NCBI RefSeq assembly: GCF_011386835.1 | Contig: NC_088796.1 | Coordinates: 47,802,001 to 47,866,000, forward strand | Reading direction: 5' to 3' | Length of the DNA: 64,000 bases | Source: Chrysemys picta bellii | Taxonomy: Eukaryota | Part shown: one piece after another, positions 13,614 through 27,355 of the stretch | How positions within the stretch are numbered: the first letter of the stretch is position 1 | How the letters are laid out: every line of letters starts with the position of its first letter | Position numbers and translations under genes: made by a program | The notes under the pieces: generated by a model | Database searches by the model: none | The model's input: only the letters and a program-made list of their open reading frames with translations | Told to the model about the DNA's origin: nothing

Positions 13614-14393
13614 TTTAATACTCTACAGGGCATTTATGACCTTTAGTAATTACATATATCTGAATTTTTTCCCGAAGGCAAATGGAAAACAAACATGGCA
13701 GTTCAGCAACTGTCATTCTGTATGAAAGAATTCCATATAAAGTGTGAATAGTACTGGACAGCTCTTGGATGCAGTTAGGGATGGACTTAATTTATGTTGG
13801 AGAACATTTACATCTTAGTGAAACACATACAGTGTTTATGTACACAGTAGCACAGAATATTCTTATATACATCTATATTCATAAAATCAAAAGTATTTCT
13901 AATGTACCTGTCCCCACAGCATACAAACATTATTGGGACTGAAATTCAGTGGTGTCTCAACCTGTTCTCCAGTTGTTTGAACACAACTTTGCAGATGTAA
14001 TCACCTGCAAATGCATTTTTAGTTCACTTAATGCCTGAACAGGCAGGCATCATAATTTGCATATGTAAATTATACTTAAATATAATCATCCCAGTGCTCA
14101 ACTAGATTCTATTATCTGTGTACAGAGGCATTGTGTGTACAGAGGCACAAAAAGTGCACGCACCCACATGTAGAAGTACAAAGTTTCATGCACGTCTGTG
14201 GAGATTATTGCCCGCTTCTCAGTGGAGCTAGATTTCTTTCTGTAAAGAAGACATTAATGTTTTCTTTCTCCACTCAGAAGTTATTATAGCTCTCCTTCAT
14301 CTAGCAATGTATATGATTATTTCTGCATTTAAATGTAATACATTTAAGGGAGATTCAATAGGAGCAAATATGCATTAATAAATATTCATGATA

Positions 14394-14740
14394 AGACTGA
14401 GGGGGGACATAACCGTTTTCAAGTACATAAAAGGTTGCTACAAGAAGGAGGGAGAAAAATTGTTGTCTTTAACCTCTGAGGATAGGCAATGAGCTTAAAT
14501 TGCAGCAAGAGCAGTTTAGGTTGGACATTAGGAAAAACTTCCTAACTGTCAGGGTGGTTAAGCACTGGAATAAATTGCCTAGGGAGGTTGTGGAATCTCC
14601 ATCATTGGAGATTTTTAAGAGCAGGTTAGACAAACATCTGTCAGGGATGGTCTAGATAATACTTAGTCCTGCCTTGAGTGCAAGGGGCTGGACTAGATGA
14701 CCTCTCAAGGTCCCTTCCAGTCCTACAATTCTGTGATTAT
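14394..14740 (+). mobile_element. CR1 LINE 3' end (decayed ORF2 C-terminus + 3' UTR)
   Basis: Translates RLRGD-ITVFKYIKGCYKKEGEKL, then after a deletion/frameshift [44 protein letters not shown]. Ends GATGACCTCTCAAGGTCCCTTCCAGTCCTACAATTCTGTGATTATGA, the typical CR1 end. Confidence 0.95.
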
Positions 14741-17700
14741 GAATCAAAGTAGAAAAGCACACTGGAGCTGTGTGATGGATAGAGGAAAACTCAAGAGTCC
14801 ACATATAGGAAGAAAGATACAAGGTTTACTTTGAAGTTGTGGTTCTCCCAAATTGTACCCAAGTGCATTATCATTGTCAGAAGTGAATTATACTGCACAT
14901 GAGCAAATGAAAAAACGTGATTGTGAAGGATATGATGACAAATCTGTGCCCTTCACATATTCATCAATAGGTTCTGTGTTCATCTGTTATATATTTAAGC
15001 ATTTTTAATAGGTGCTCTGGAGATGTTAGGTAGGTAAGCATCTAATGATGGATTCTACCTCTCAACAGTGATATATTAAAAGGACAGGAGAGGCTGAGAG
15101 ACTGAAAAGATCCAGCATCCAGTCAATATAAAGAAAAGTTTTGAGACTATGTTCTAAGAATTATAGATATAGCAACTTCTTCTTTATCTTATGGAGGAGG
15201 AGACTGTGCTTTGAATGCAGAGAGCTTACATCTTGTTAATGCTGTGTATTGTTATCTTGGGACCAGATCCTTGGCTGATATAATTGGCCTGGTTGCAGTA
15301 AACAGAATTATGCCCATTTACATCAACTGAGGAACTGGCCCATCTGATGCATACCATATATATAGGGCTCTGAATGTGCAATCAGTTGCATGATTTCCAG
15401 GTTCAAATTCCATAAGAGCTGTTATACTATTGGAAACAGATTGTTTTTAATATTACAGTCTCACTTTGTGGCAACTTATGGCATTTGGGTTTACATAACC
15501 ACACTTAGTCATATACAGCATCAACCAAATATAAACTCAAGGGGTGAAATTCTGGCCCCTAATAAATTCAATGGCAACATCCCAGTCACTTCAGTGAGTT
15601 CAAAATCCCACCCAAGATCTTTTGGTTCACAACATGCCCTCCTGCTTGTCACGCTAAAGAAGCATCTCCTTTAGCTCAAATAGTGGAGAGAACTCCTGTG
15701 TCTATAATTCCTACAACAGTCTCAGCACTTTACCTCATAGTCTCTGGTTCTTGCCACATTTCTCCTCTCAGCTTCTCCTATCCTTTTAGCATATGGTTGT
15801 TGATATGTGGAATCCCTCAGCAGATGATTATGTAGTGTAACACTTACCTGCTAGCCCATCTCCAGCACTGCTAATAAAAAAATGGCTAAATATATAACAG
15901 ATGAACAGGGCACCTATTGATGAATGTACGAAGGACAGAGAACTGTCATCATATCTTTCACAGCCACATTTTTTTCACATGCTCATGTTCTGACACGATG
16001 GTAATCCACTTGGGTACAATTTGGAAGACTCACAGGTTCAAAGTGGGCCTTGTATCACTCTTCTGCCATTTGGATACTTTTCAGGTACTTTTCTACTAAA
16101 TTTCACTATCACCATCCTGTGTTTGTGGGAAGCATGTTCACTCTCATTAATCATATTAAATTCTTGCATACGTGCCCCTTCCCACAATGTATAGATATAA
16201 ACGTAGAGACAAACATATGTATAATATGATACAGTGTACCAAAATTACAAGTGTATTATAATATAGGAATGTAATATTTAGAGTACCTGATTTACACATA
16301 CAAAAGCAATTTGTGCTCACAAATCTTAGTTTTTGTGCAAATTTAGAGGTTGCTTTTGAAAATTTGACCCCATATGTGCATTTTCTGTGACTTGTTTAAC
16401 ATAGTCTACAGGTGACTTACTACCATGTGAATTTCAGTATATTTATATGCTGCAAATTTTTTTTATAGATCATCTTCACTTAGCGAGATTCTGAGCCTAT
16501 TACCAAGCCTGCAGTTTCTTATAGAAGTTCATGAGACTTTTCCAGTGATGTCAAAGGCTTTTCCAAAATTCCAAGTGTATTATTAGCAAACAGTTTCTGT
16601 GCTATACCACTGAAGTGCTGTATTTTACTTCACATGGGTTTCATCGGAGGCATATACTGCTCCCTCTCTGTGACTGACCCATTAGTCTGGGGTAGTAAAA
16701 TATCCAACATTATCGATCAGTAAGGATCCATTGGAGAGTAGTGAAGAGGGTAAGGAGATCGTCAGGGTAAACTGAAGATAGTTGAAAAGCAATCAGGAAT
16801 GTCAGAAAGAAAAGGATATTTCAGAGATGTCCTAGAAAGCCATGTGAGATCACTTCATTATCCCAGGTAACTTGACAAACTAAGTGCCGTCTTCAAATAC
16901 ACCTAGTTTGGAGGGATTCCAATACATAATTCCCTGATGTAAAAGTATATTCAAAAGCTGACCACACTCCATGCTGGTGATTGAAAGGCTAAAATCTGTG
17001 ATCCCTACGTAAGCCCTTTTGACATTTTTCTTTTTTGCCTTCTACTTCTCTGTTTTATTTCCTTACTTTGTATTTTGAACTTGTTTCCATCTTTACTGTA
17101 CTACTTGTGAATTCACTAATAATAATACAACAGACACAAAGTTTGACTCACCGGGAACTTGACCACTACAAAAGGGGAACTTCCAATAACTTTAGCTTCT
17201 TATAACTCACTCACTGGGATATCTGCTAGCAGAGACGGGCCTCCAGTGGCCACTGGCATTTTAACCATTATGCTGCCTAGAATTGCTCTGAGCAGTGCTG
17301 GATAATACTGTAATAGAAACCTTTGTGAGTTTTCACCCAAGAGTAGGGCTTCTACCCGTAGTGCAGCTGTACCAGTACCAATGCAGGAGTGGGAGGAAGA
17401 CCCAGCAATATGTTCTTTCTGTGTATTTGTGTCTGGATGGAGATGGTAAGGAATGGCTATTATTATGTAATGTTGGACTTGCTCACACTGCAGCCTTCAG
17501 AATGCTCATTCTAATATAAATGGATCCAAACAAAGGTGGTTATTGTTTATTTGTATAGTGCCAACAGTGTGTTAGGCACTTAATTTCCCATTTTGGCCCT
17601 GCTCTCTTTGCTACGATACTTCAGGCAGTAATTCTCATACATCAAGTTGATCCCACTCTGTGATTGGCGTACGAGGTCAACTGTCATCAGCCCTGTCATG

Positions 17701-18539
17701 CTCAAAGGCTGCAGTGCTCTGGTAATTAAGGCTGTTAGTTAGATGGGAGGGCTTCTTTTCCTGCTATTTGATGTAGAGTAGGTACAGATGACAGATTTAT
17801 AGTTTTAATTCAAATATGGTATTTGTCTTTGACAACTTAATTGTGTTTGCAGAGAAGTTCTGGACCCTTTCTCTTGCCAAGTCATTACAGAAAGGCCTCA
17901 CATCTTGGATCTACCAGGAAGCTTTATGGATTAAAGGAATAGCCGAGGGGATTCTGCATTAGTGCTGATGGAGGCAATAAATGTCTGCTTTGTCCCGCTT
18001 ATGTTTGTGGTAAGCATGTTCACGCTGGCTTCAGTTACCAAGTTTTCATATTTTAACACCAAGCCAGGTACAGATTCTCCCCACTCCCTCTTTGTTTACA
18101 ATCTCCATTTAAATTGTGAAGATTTTCCTTTTTGGAGATGTCTTACGCAAATCAGTTAATTGGACTTCTAAAAAGAAAGGCACAATGATGGCCGGAATTT
18201 GCAAAACATTAACACCAGGCATGGACTTCATTAACAAGAAAGCAAAGACTAAAAATATAACTGTAATAAAACCAACCCTAACCCAACATTCCAAATCACT
18301 TCAAAATGCAAAGTTTTGAAATATAAAAGCATTTCAACAATGCCAATTATTACAGGGTCCTCACTCTAATGGAAGAGGCAGTCCCATCTGTCAGTGATAG
18401 ACATTTTCTCCAGACCTGAAGACCTCTCTGAAGTTCAAAAGCTTGTCCCTTCTACAAACAGAAGTTGGTCCAATAAAAGATATTACTTCACCTACTTTGT
18501 CTTTCTCAATGGTAGATATACTACATTAAAAGAACATGG

Positions 18540-18950
18540 AGGTTGCAAAGTGAGGCACCCAAGCATTAGGAAATACCAGAATTAAGGTGACCGGTACAAC
18601 CTCAGTTTGCAGGCATTAGGATACAGTTTTTGACCATGTGATCACATACTAATTTCCCTCCTTCTGGTGCGTCATCAGCAAGGTTTGAATTCAGCACTTT
18701 CAGATCCACAGTAGAAAATGTTTCCACTTGAGCTATAGGAATAACCATGACAGCTAAGGGTGTTGTCCTTTGTGTGGATAGATGTCCATAGATGGGGATA
18801 TGACATTCCCTTTGCTATATGCAGTGTTGTTGCAGTAGTGGGTTACACAACTATTAATGAGACAGAAATGAAATACTGAGTATCAGAATTCCTGGGATCT
18901 CTTCCTGGCACTGGGAGTAGTGTATGGTCAAGTGGTTAGAGACAGCACAT
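18540..18950. repeat. Old turtle interspersed repeat, unclassified
   Basis: Begins ggttgcaaagtgaggcacccaagcattaggaaataccagaattaagg, a motif I recall from turtle genomic repeats; ends in a SINE-head-like gtatggtcaagtggttagag. Confidence 0.35.
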
Positions 18951-19904
18951 TCAAGCATATCATTTGGCTCAATTATTCTAAAAGGCAGTGTGCCAAGATG
19001 GCTGGGACTGAGATCCCTCTTATGGAGAGGTCAGGGCTCTAGCCCCGGATTTGCTTTAAGTGACTTTGTGCAGTCTCTCAGTCCTCTGCAGAATGGGGTA
19101 TGAGTCTTTGGTTAATAACTGTGGTTAGATGTTTGGCTCCTCCTACTACAATAACAAGGGTTGTGAATTTCACGGAACTATTAACAGCAGCCAGTGAAGA
19201 AGATGGGGCTAAAACTCATGATTTCCTGGGCTGTTAGAGACTGCTGTATGGGTCTCGCTCAGAAATGACACTTGACCCCCCAATGCAGACAGGACAGAGA
19301 AGCCAACTTCATGAGTATCATGTGAGATGCCTGACATGTGACAGATCTGGCTGCAGCAGCAGCAAATGTTTGGAGAAATGTAAGGGAACACTATTTTATA
19401 TTTACAAAGGCAACTTTTCTGTACTGAATTCACACAGAAAACAACTCGCTGTTTGACGCTTGGGCCACCTTTCAAACCTTGAACACAACTCACGAGGATA
19501 AATACACACTTTAAAATTTTAATCATAGCCCCTCTAGTCTGCAAGGTTGAATCTACTGCATGTAACATACATACTGGGGAGTCAGCGCTCTGAGGGCAGT
19601 TTTTAATACATGATTAGAATGAGGCCCTGTTCCTGCAAACAATTAAGTATGTGCTTAGCCTGAGTCACGTGAGTGGTCCTAAGACTTCAATGGGACCACT
19701 CACGCCACGGGAGTGAAACTAAGCAGGGTAAGCGTTCACAGGATCAGGACATATGTTTGTGTTTTAGGGTGTCCTGTGTCTGGGTGCCTTACAAAAAATA
19801 ATGAAAACATTGCTTACAGAGAAAGACAACATGGCCCAGAAACAAAACTGACCCCACTCCCACGCACACACTCACCTCCCATTATATAATAAATAAAACT
19901 ATAT

Positions 19905-20390
19905 CTCACTTGGTATTGTGTGGCCCCCATTACCATAGTATCTGAGCACCTCGCCGTCCTTAATGTATTTATCCTCACAACACACTGAGGAAGGGGTGTA
20001 TTACTAGTCCCATTTTACACAGAGAAAACCGAGGCACAGAGACCAAGGGCCAGATTTTTAAAGATCCAGATAGGGGTGCTGGAACAATTTTTATTTTTAT
20101 CCAGTGGGGGTGCTGATGATGGAAACCATGTATTTGGTGGCTGTAATTACTACTTCAACCCCAGCGGTGTGGCAGCACCCCTAGTTCCAGCCCCTCTGGA
20201 TGCAGATGAGCATCTAGTGGGATTTTCAAAAACGCATAGGTGCCTAACTCCAGTCCAGGCACCTATCTGCTTTTTTGGGCACTTAAATACCTTTTAAAAT
20301 CTGGCCGTAAAGGACATGCCCAAGGTCACATGAGAAGTATATGGCAGAGGAGGGAATAGAGCATTGGTCTCCCAACTGCCAAATATCCAA
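19905..20390 (-). mobile_element. MIR/CORE-like SINE interrupted by a GGCC-ended palindromic element (20047-20306), which itself carries a hAT MITE
   Basis: CORE antisense cccattttacacagagaaaaccgaggcacagaga | ... | ggacatgcccaaggtcaca, split by gggccagattttt...aaaatctggcc. Confidence 0.65.
20071..20198. mobile_element. Small hAT MITE
   Basis: Imperfect TIRs TAGGGGTGCTGGAAC / GTTCCAGCCCCTCTG; 8-bp TSD GATCCAGA / GATGCAGA (one mismatch). Confidence 0.65.
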
Positions 20391-20615
20391 ACACACATTC
20401 GACTGCATAGCCAGTACTTCACCATTTCTGTAAAATTCACCTCATGTTTGATAAATTTAAGTTTTCTTTTGAGAAAGGAAGAGATAAGGGAGTACAGGTA
20501 CCAAGTAGAAACTATTTAAGCAGGAAAAGATCTACTTTGGGGGGAATTTTGTGACCGAGATATACCTGGCTCCTTAGTCAGCAGCAATATGGTATAGAGT
20601 ACATTATATATAATA

Positions 20616-20716
20616 AGCAACAGAGGGTCCTGTGGCACCTTTAAGTCTTAAAGGTGCCACAGGACCCTCTGTTGCTTTTTACAGATTCAGACTAACACTG
20701 CTACCCCTCTGATACT
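20616..20716. mobile_element. Minimal Penelope-like insertion with inverted terminal segment
   Basis: Perfect 30-bp inverted repeat (20615-20644 / 20648-20677) plus the PLE terminus cagactaacactgctacccctctgatact; 13-bp flanking duplication ATTATATATAATA (20603-20615, 20717-20729). Confidence 0.85.
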
Positions 20717-23700
20717 ATTATATATAATAGCCACTTCCGGAACAATAACAGATGGTGAAGAATAGTAGGTAAATCATTGGGATTGCATGGGTGAAATGAA
20801 GGATAAATTAATCCCAGACATCTATATTTTAATAGGAATAATGTAGATTTATATTAATTTTTTTTAGGTGTGGGGGGCATTATTTGAGTCAGGCTTCAAA
20901 TTTTTGTTCTACACAAAAGAAAACTTAGCCTGTAAGTAAACTGACGGCATATCAAATATTTGATGATTGCACCAGGACCCTCACCGTGTAAACAGATTTC
21001 GCTGTAGCTAGCCAGAATACCCGCTGAACAGCCCTGCTAATGTGTCTAGAGCCGTGAATTATGATGAGACGGCTTGGGCCGAGTTAGTTCCCCTCCTCCA
21101 AACCTAGTGGGAGAACCTCTTCACCTTCCTGTGGAGTCAGTTTCCTTCCTTTCCCTAGGGTAATCCTTGGCCCAGATGACCTAACTGTGACTGACTAAAG
21201 TTAAGTGAAGTCAGGCTATCTGTTTCAGATGTTTGGTCTGGGGTGTGTGGAAAGGGAAACAAGGATGTCATGTGACAGAAGCAGGCTGCTTCAGAGAGTA
21301 CTTCAAAAACTGTTACCACCGTCATCATTTTAACTAATTACATGTGCACCACTTATAGCTCAGCCATAATATAAATCTTCCCAAAAGCTGCCACACTGGT
21401 TCAGCTCATTCTATACAAGATTTGGAAACAGAAGACTGACAAGAGTGGGGGAACGAGGACTTTTCAGCCCTTCCCAGAGGAGTTCAGGTATAAATTCACA
21501 GGTGTCGTACCCATCTCCTTTCTGAGTGAGAAGTTCACAGGCTTTTTGGCTGCAGGTAGATGGAAGCTGAAAGCTTGTACAAAGGTATGAACTTGAAATG
21601 CTGGTTAATGATCATCAAAGAGACTAACGCAAAAAGGAAAGAAAAAGAAAAGAAAACTGAAGAGTAACACAATTGTACAAATCACCCACCTAGAGAAACC
21701 ATTTTGTCCAAAAAGGTAACAGTGTGATCTAGCGATTCTTTGTCAAGAGTAAGCAGAAGCAGTTAAAGCATTAAGATAATAATTTGTGATCCCAGGATTG
21801 AGATGCTATTAATAACAAATCAAAGCACGTTTCTTTCATAGTTCTCCAACTTTTTCAAAACCTAGCCTCTTCAAGGTTTGTAGGCTATCAATTACTTAGT
21901 TGAGCTTAAGCCCATGGATAACTTTATAAAGGCCTTTGTAGCTGTGTTTTATTCCAGATTCAGCCCACCTATCAGCAGAATTTAGTGAGTGTTCTCAGTT
22001 AAATAGACAGCTTTCCCAAACATACAAGGGTTTATATAATTGGATATGATCCAGGTTCTAGTGACCTCTGGAATACCCTTCCGAAGATTAGGGTTTGTCT
22101 AACTTTTACACACAAGCAGATCTGTATTTAAAAATGTTTGCTACTTAAATTGATCTGTAGCCAAGTCATCCCAGCAATGTTTACTTGAGAAAAAACACTG
22201 AATTTGTGTTCACATGGTTTTTACCTCAAAATGTCTATTTAATTTATACATCCATAGATCTTCCTCATCGCCTAATGGTATCCAAAATCTGCCCTCTGCT
22301 TTTTATTTAGTGGGTTTATAAGAATCCGGCAGTATGATCTAACTGTACACGTGTGATTAAAGGATATAGCTATATAAACTACAGGCTATTACTGCCCTGA
22401 ATTTTTCTGTTTCTTGTAATAGAATTTGATGATATAATAGGGTTGTTGTTGTTGTTGTTTGTTGTTATAAAAGGTGATGACTATCCTACGAAGAAGAACT
22501 CTATGGAAGCAATGTGCACTCATCCAAGGACAGAATTGGGCCTAAATGTTTTAAAAGAAATTGATTTCCATAACAGCCAAATGTTGACAGAAATTCCTAA
22601 GCTTATTATCTATGGAAAAGACAAGAGAACTTCTGCAGAAGATTAAGGTTTGGATTTTCAGCTTTAGCTGAATTGTGCTTGGTGAAGGCCCAAGGCTGCG
22701 GAGCAAAGGTGGCTTTTCAGCACCTCTGGAAACCAGACCACTTTTATTTAGGGTCCAAATATAAATAAGATACCCAGGTTTGAAAATATTGGCCATGATG
22801 GATACTTCTGTATTATACCCCTCAATGTATTTTTAGTCAGTTGTCATCTATCGATTTTCCCCCCCCCCACCATTTATCACATGTGTAACTGTCCTCTGAA
22901 TTCTTTTCGTTAGAGACCCTAAAGTAGACAGTTATGGCTCTGCAGATGTTGCTACCGTCAGAACTGTTTTAGTTTCTGTTCTTCAGAAATTATCCCATCT
23001 TAATGAACTGAAAGAATTCTACACAGAGCTCATCTAGTTAAATATGAAAGTGGTCATTGCTAACTGTATTTTAATTTCTCAGAAATTATGCACACACATT
23101 CCTCACAAATCAAGGGCCAAATTCTGATCCACTGACGTCATTGACTAAACTCTCATTCACTTTAATAGGACCAGAATGTGGCCTAAAAGACTAAATCAGT
23201 AAGGATCTGATTTTAGAGGTTTTGAGCAACCTCTTTACATTCAGATGGAGATGTAAGTGCTCAGCACCTCTGCAACTCAAGAAAAATGTTCAAACATGGA
23301 TAAATGAAGCTTGTGTTTTAAAAAAGACATATTTTTACATTCTGTGACTGGGTTTTGGTCATTCATTACAAACTCTCCAAGCTAGATGGGTTGTATTCTT
23401 AAGCTTTCGAAATGCCAGAAGACCCTAAGGATGTCTGCAAAAAGTGTGTACCTGCAGGCTAAGATCTGTGGATGCAATTACCACAGTAGTGTGTGCAAAC
23501 TGTATAACTGTATGTGTAGAGCTGCATATATCACTGCTCTTTTGATGTCTTCAGAATCAGGCTCTTAATGTGCATATTGCAAGTATTGAAAAGATGTGCC
23601 AGATGACAAAATGAAAGGATATAATAATGATGTAGACAGAAATATATATTTATTGGCCTATCCTTTACCCAGATCTGACTATTATTTAAATGGACAGTCT

Positions 23701-24384
23701 ATTTCTTTTGTTAGCGAGATGGCAATTCCCATAGTACCAAGTACTGTCATTTAAAATACAGTTTTGATTAATGTCACTCTGAAGCTAGTTCAGTTTCTTC
23801 GAAGGAGGAAATACAAATCCACAGGGGAAGTAGCAGACAACATATGTAAACTCTTTTGCGTATGGAAAATGATGAAGCAGCCCAGAACATCATTATTCCT
23901 TGCTACTTCCTGTAATCTGTTCCCCAAATCCCCCAAACCAACAGCCCACTGAATTTATGATTTACAGAAAAGTCCATGGGTTTCTTAGACCATTCGGCCA
24001 ACTCCATGAGGAAGTGAGGGATTACAGCTAACTACACAAGAGGTCAGCCAAGGTTCACTTCTTGCCTTAGCCACAAGCCTATGGTGACATTTCCCAGATA
24101 TTTATGGAGAATTCCTCTCAGGAGATAAGCATTTCGTAGACATGGGCTGAATTTTCCAAAGTGAGTATTTCAGATACCATGTGTAGCTCTGCAAGAAGGA
24201 GATCACCCAGAACACCCTTGCTTTTTAAGAGGACATTCAAAACATAAAGGACTAGACCATGCCCAGCTGCAGAGCAGGTGCTGGGAGAGGGCTCAGGGAT
24301 GCTCTCCATCCCTTTTCACAGACTGAGCGCAATTGTACTCACCTTGCACTAGACAAGAGGTAGCAACAATGATCAGGAAGCACC

Positions 24385-24398
24385 ATGCCCCCTGGTCG
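24385..24398 (-). promoter_or_regulatory. Candidate CTCF-type motif
   Basis: Minus strand CGACCAGGGGGCAT resembles the core CCASYAGRKGGCRS. Motif match only. Confidence 0.25.
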
Positions 24399-26530
24399 TT
24401 CTCCCAACTAGCTGGTGCCTGTAAGGTACATTCCAGCCTAAAACATTCTATCGGACTGACATTTGCATGCTGCTGTGTGGAATAGTGCAATTGTCATTTT
24501 GAATGTTACTATCAGCGGTTCAGACAGTAGATGGTTCCTAAAAGTGAATGCTTCATTTCCAGCTCTACATCTCTTTTGCTGCTCTTCAAAATGCCAGATG
24601 GTCGGTTTATCCTGGTATCTAATTATTATTTTTTATTGATAAAGAGCCATAAGTGTGCATGGTACTTTACAGACAATTTAAAAAGGGCAGGAATCAACGC
24701 TAGAGAAGTTTACAGTCTGAATTAGACATAACACAACAATGAACAAAGGGTGAGCAGGGACTAGAGAAGATGAGAGTTAAAAGACTTGAAAAATCATGTA
24801 AGAGGCTCACTGCACTAGATTTTCCTAAATAACCAGTGATTTTTGGATGACTCCATTTTTGGATGCCCAAAATCTTAAAGGGATCTAATATTCAGAGGAT
24901 GTCTGCTCAGCAGATGCTTCCAATTCGGCACCCAAAATAGAGGCACTCAGAATCATTAGTCCCCTTTGGTAATATAGGTCATTGTTGTTACGCATGCATT
25001 ACATTAGCTGGTTCTAAAAAGAAAAGATATTCATTAAAAGGGTGGACAGCTTGTTCCTTTTAATAGTATGTTGGTTTTGCTTGTTACAGTTCTGGTCCGT
25101 TTTAACATCTTTACAAACGTTTCCAAAGATAACCAAAATGCTGTAATTTATTACCATGCCACTCAGATTTGTTTCCATCCCCTTTCTGCAGCCTTAGAAA
25201 GACCCCAGGGCAGATCCTCAGCACTCATAAATTGTCACAGCCCCATTCACTTGAATGAAACGATGTCAGTTTACACCAGCTGAGAATCTGCCCCTTTATA
25301 TTGCTCATAGATTTTAAGTTCTTCAGGGAAAAGACCATGATTGTATTTGTACAGCCCCAAGCACGATGGGGCCCTGATGTCGATTGGTGCAATATATAGA
25401 ATAACAATATATGGTCCTGCAATCTCCACGTCCTCTGTTGTTTATATACATGTTTTCACAGGGCAAAAATAAAACATCTCTAATAGTCATCACTGAAAAA
25501 GAGCCCAGTCTTGTAGATCCCTCAGGTAATGCAGAGTTCTGCAGGAAAATTTAATTACAATGCATTGACCTGCTCTGCAGAAACCTGCAAACTCAACCGT
25601 CAGCAGAACCCAAAGGAATAGGTCAGCACAATGATTCTCACTGTGCATAGATTGAAGTGATTCTGTGTTACCAGCTACCATTTGCTAGACATGCTTGTGT
25701 CAGCGATGTGTTCTTTGTCTGTTTAGGAGACCTCTTTCCCAGTATCCTTTTCCAGGTGTTTTCTGCAAACCTGTGTCCACTCAGCATTATGTCCATAACA
25801 ATGGGGCCTGTGATTTTATATTTTTAATTTCATCTTTAGGGGAAAGAATTGACGGATTGCATTTCTTTTAATATAGTTGGGCTTTGCATCATTGTTGCTT
25901 TAACTGATCATGACGCTCAATTATTTTACCTCAGTAAAACCCTGGGCACAATTGATTGGACAAAGTCATCCATATTTAGGAAAAAAATGCACACATTTAA
26001 TTGCCTGTAAAAAAGGTTTGTGCATCTATCTGCTCTGCAATACTTGGAAAAATATACTCCTGGAGGCCTTTGTCCAGGGGGCTGCAGTTGTGTTGCTGGT
26101 TTCAAACTGATTCAAAGGGCGGGGAGGGGAAAGGGGGAGAGTGTGAATAAAAAGCACTGCACAACACCGAAGAATCCAATGCAGCAGCACTTCAGTAAAG
26201 AACAAAACACTTTGACATCAGGGCTTTTATTGGAATGCAGCTCTTTTAAATTCCATTACCGACAGGTTCTGCAGATCTCTGCTTTCAAGTTTGAAAATCA
26301 ATATGATAAGTATGTTACCATAGGAAATCTACAAATCTGTATCCCTTTCATTTACATAGAGATGGTGATGAGTTTGGCTGTAAAATGTTCCTATGGTGAG
26401 TATGCCAATATGCTGTTCCCCAGGATTCCCCCTTTCTTCCTTTACAAGGTCTTCATCCCAGTCCCCTTCTTTAGATAATGCAAGCCAGACGCTGTGCTGT
26501 ACTATCAACAAACGTGGCATATTTTCCAGG

Positions 26531-26654
26531 TAGGGTGACCAGACAGCAAGTGTAAAAAATCGGGACAGGGGGTGGGGGGCAATAGGAACCTATATAAGAA
26601 AAAGACCCAAAAATCAGGACTGTCCCTATAAAATCAGGACATCTGGTCACCCTA
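26531..26654. mobile_element. 124-bp hAT MITE (TAGGGTGACCA ends)
   Basis: TIRs TAGGGTGACCAGA / TCTGGTCACCCTA; perfect TSD TTTCCAGG (26523-26530, 26655-26662). Confidence 0.93.
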
Positions 26655-26709
26655 TTTCCAGGAACAATGTTTAATCATTTCTAGTGCAGTTTAATATATG
26701 TTTCTTACC

Positions 26710-27355
26710 CAGGGCCACCCGGGGGGAAGGGGGGACAAGTGGGGCAATTTGCCCCAGGCCCTGGGTCCCACAGGGGCCGCCACGAGAATATAGTATTCTA
26801 TGGTATTGCAACTTTTTTTTTATGGAAGGGGCCCCTGTCACGGAGTATTGGGGGACTCAGGGCCCTGCACCCCCGGCTTCCTGCGATTCACCATGACTCT
26901 CAGCCAGACAGTAAAGCAGAAGGTTTATTTGGATGACAGGAATACAGTCCAAGACAGGTCTTGCAGGCACAGACAACAGGGCCCCCCTCAGTTAGGTCCA
27001 GCTTGGGGTCCCAGGGCATCCCAGCCCACCCCCCTTTGGGGAGTCAGAGCCATCTCTGCCTCCCAGCCATCTCTCCAGCCCGCTTCCAGCACTCTGCCTT
27101 CAGCGACCCCTCCCACAGCCTTTGTTCAGTTTCCCGGGCCAAGGTGTCACCTGGCCTCCAACCCCTTCCTGGGCTCCCATGCTACACGCCCAGGTATTCG
27201 CCCTCGGGCAGACTCAGACTCCCATCCCCCAATGCAGACTATCCTAGCCACACTCCCCTGTCAGCATTCACACACCACAGTAAGAACAGGCCCAGTTCAT
27301 CACAGCCCCCAAAATTGCTTTGCCCCAGGCCCCCTGAATCCTTTGGGCGGCCCTG
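26710..27355. mobile_element. hAT MITE (CAGGGCC ends) interrupted by a solo LTR
   Basis: TIRs CAGGGCCACCC / GGGCGGCCCTG; TSD TTCTTACC / TCCTTACC; subterminal tttgccccaggccc motif in both halves. Confidence 0.8.
26836..27304 (-). mobile_element. Solo LTR (Gypsy- or ERV-type)
   Basis: TG...CA ends (TGTCAC / ATCACA); 5-bp TSD GCCCC (26831-26835, 27305-27309); AATAAA on the minus strand near 26923-26928. Confidence 0.85.

Noticed and set aside
26020-26478. 152-aa ORF in unique sequence
   Set aside because: Non-ATG start, no recognisable domain, and composition typical of translated AT-rich non-coding DNA.
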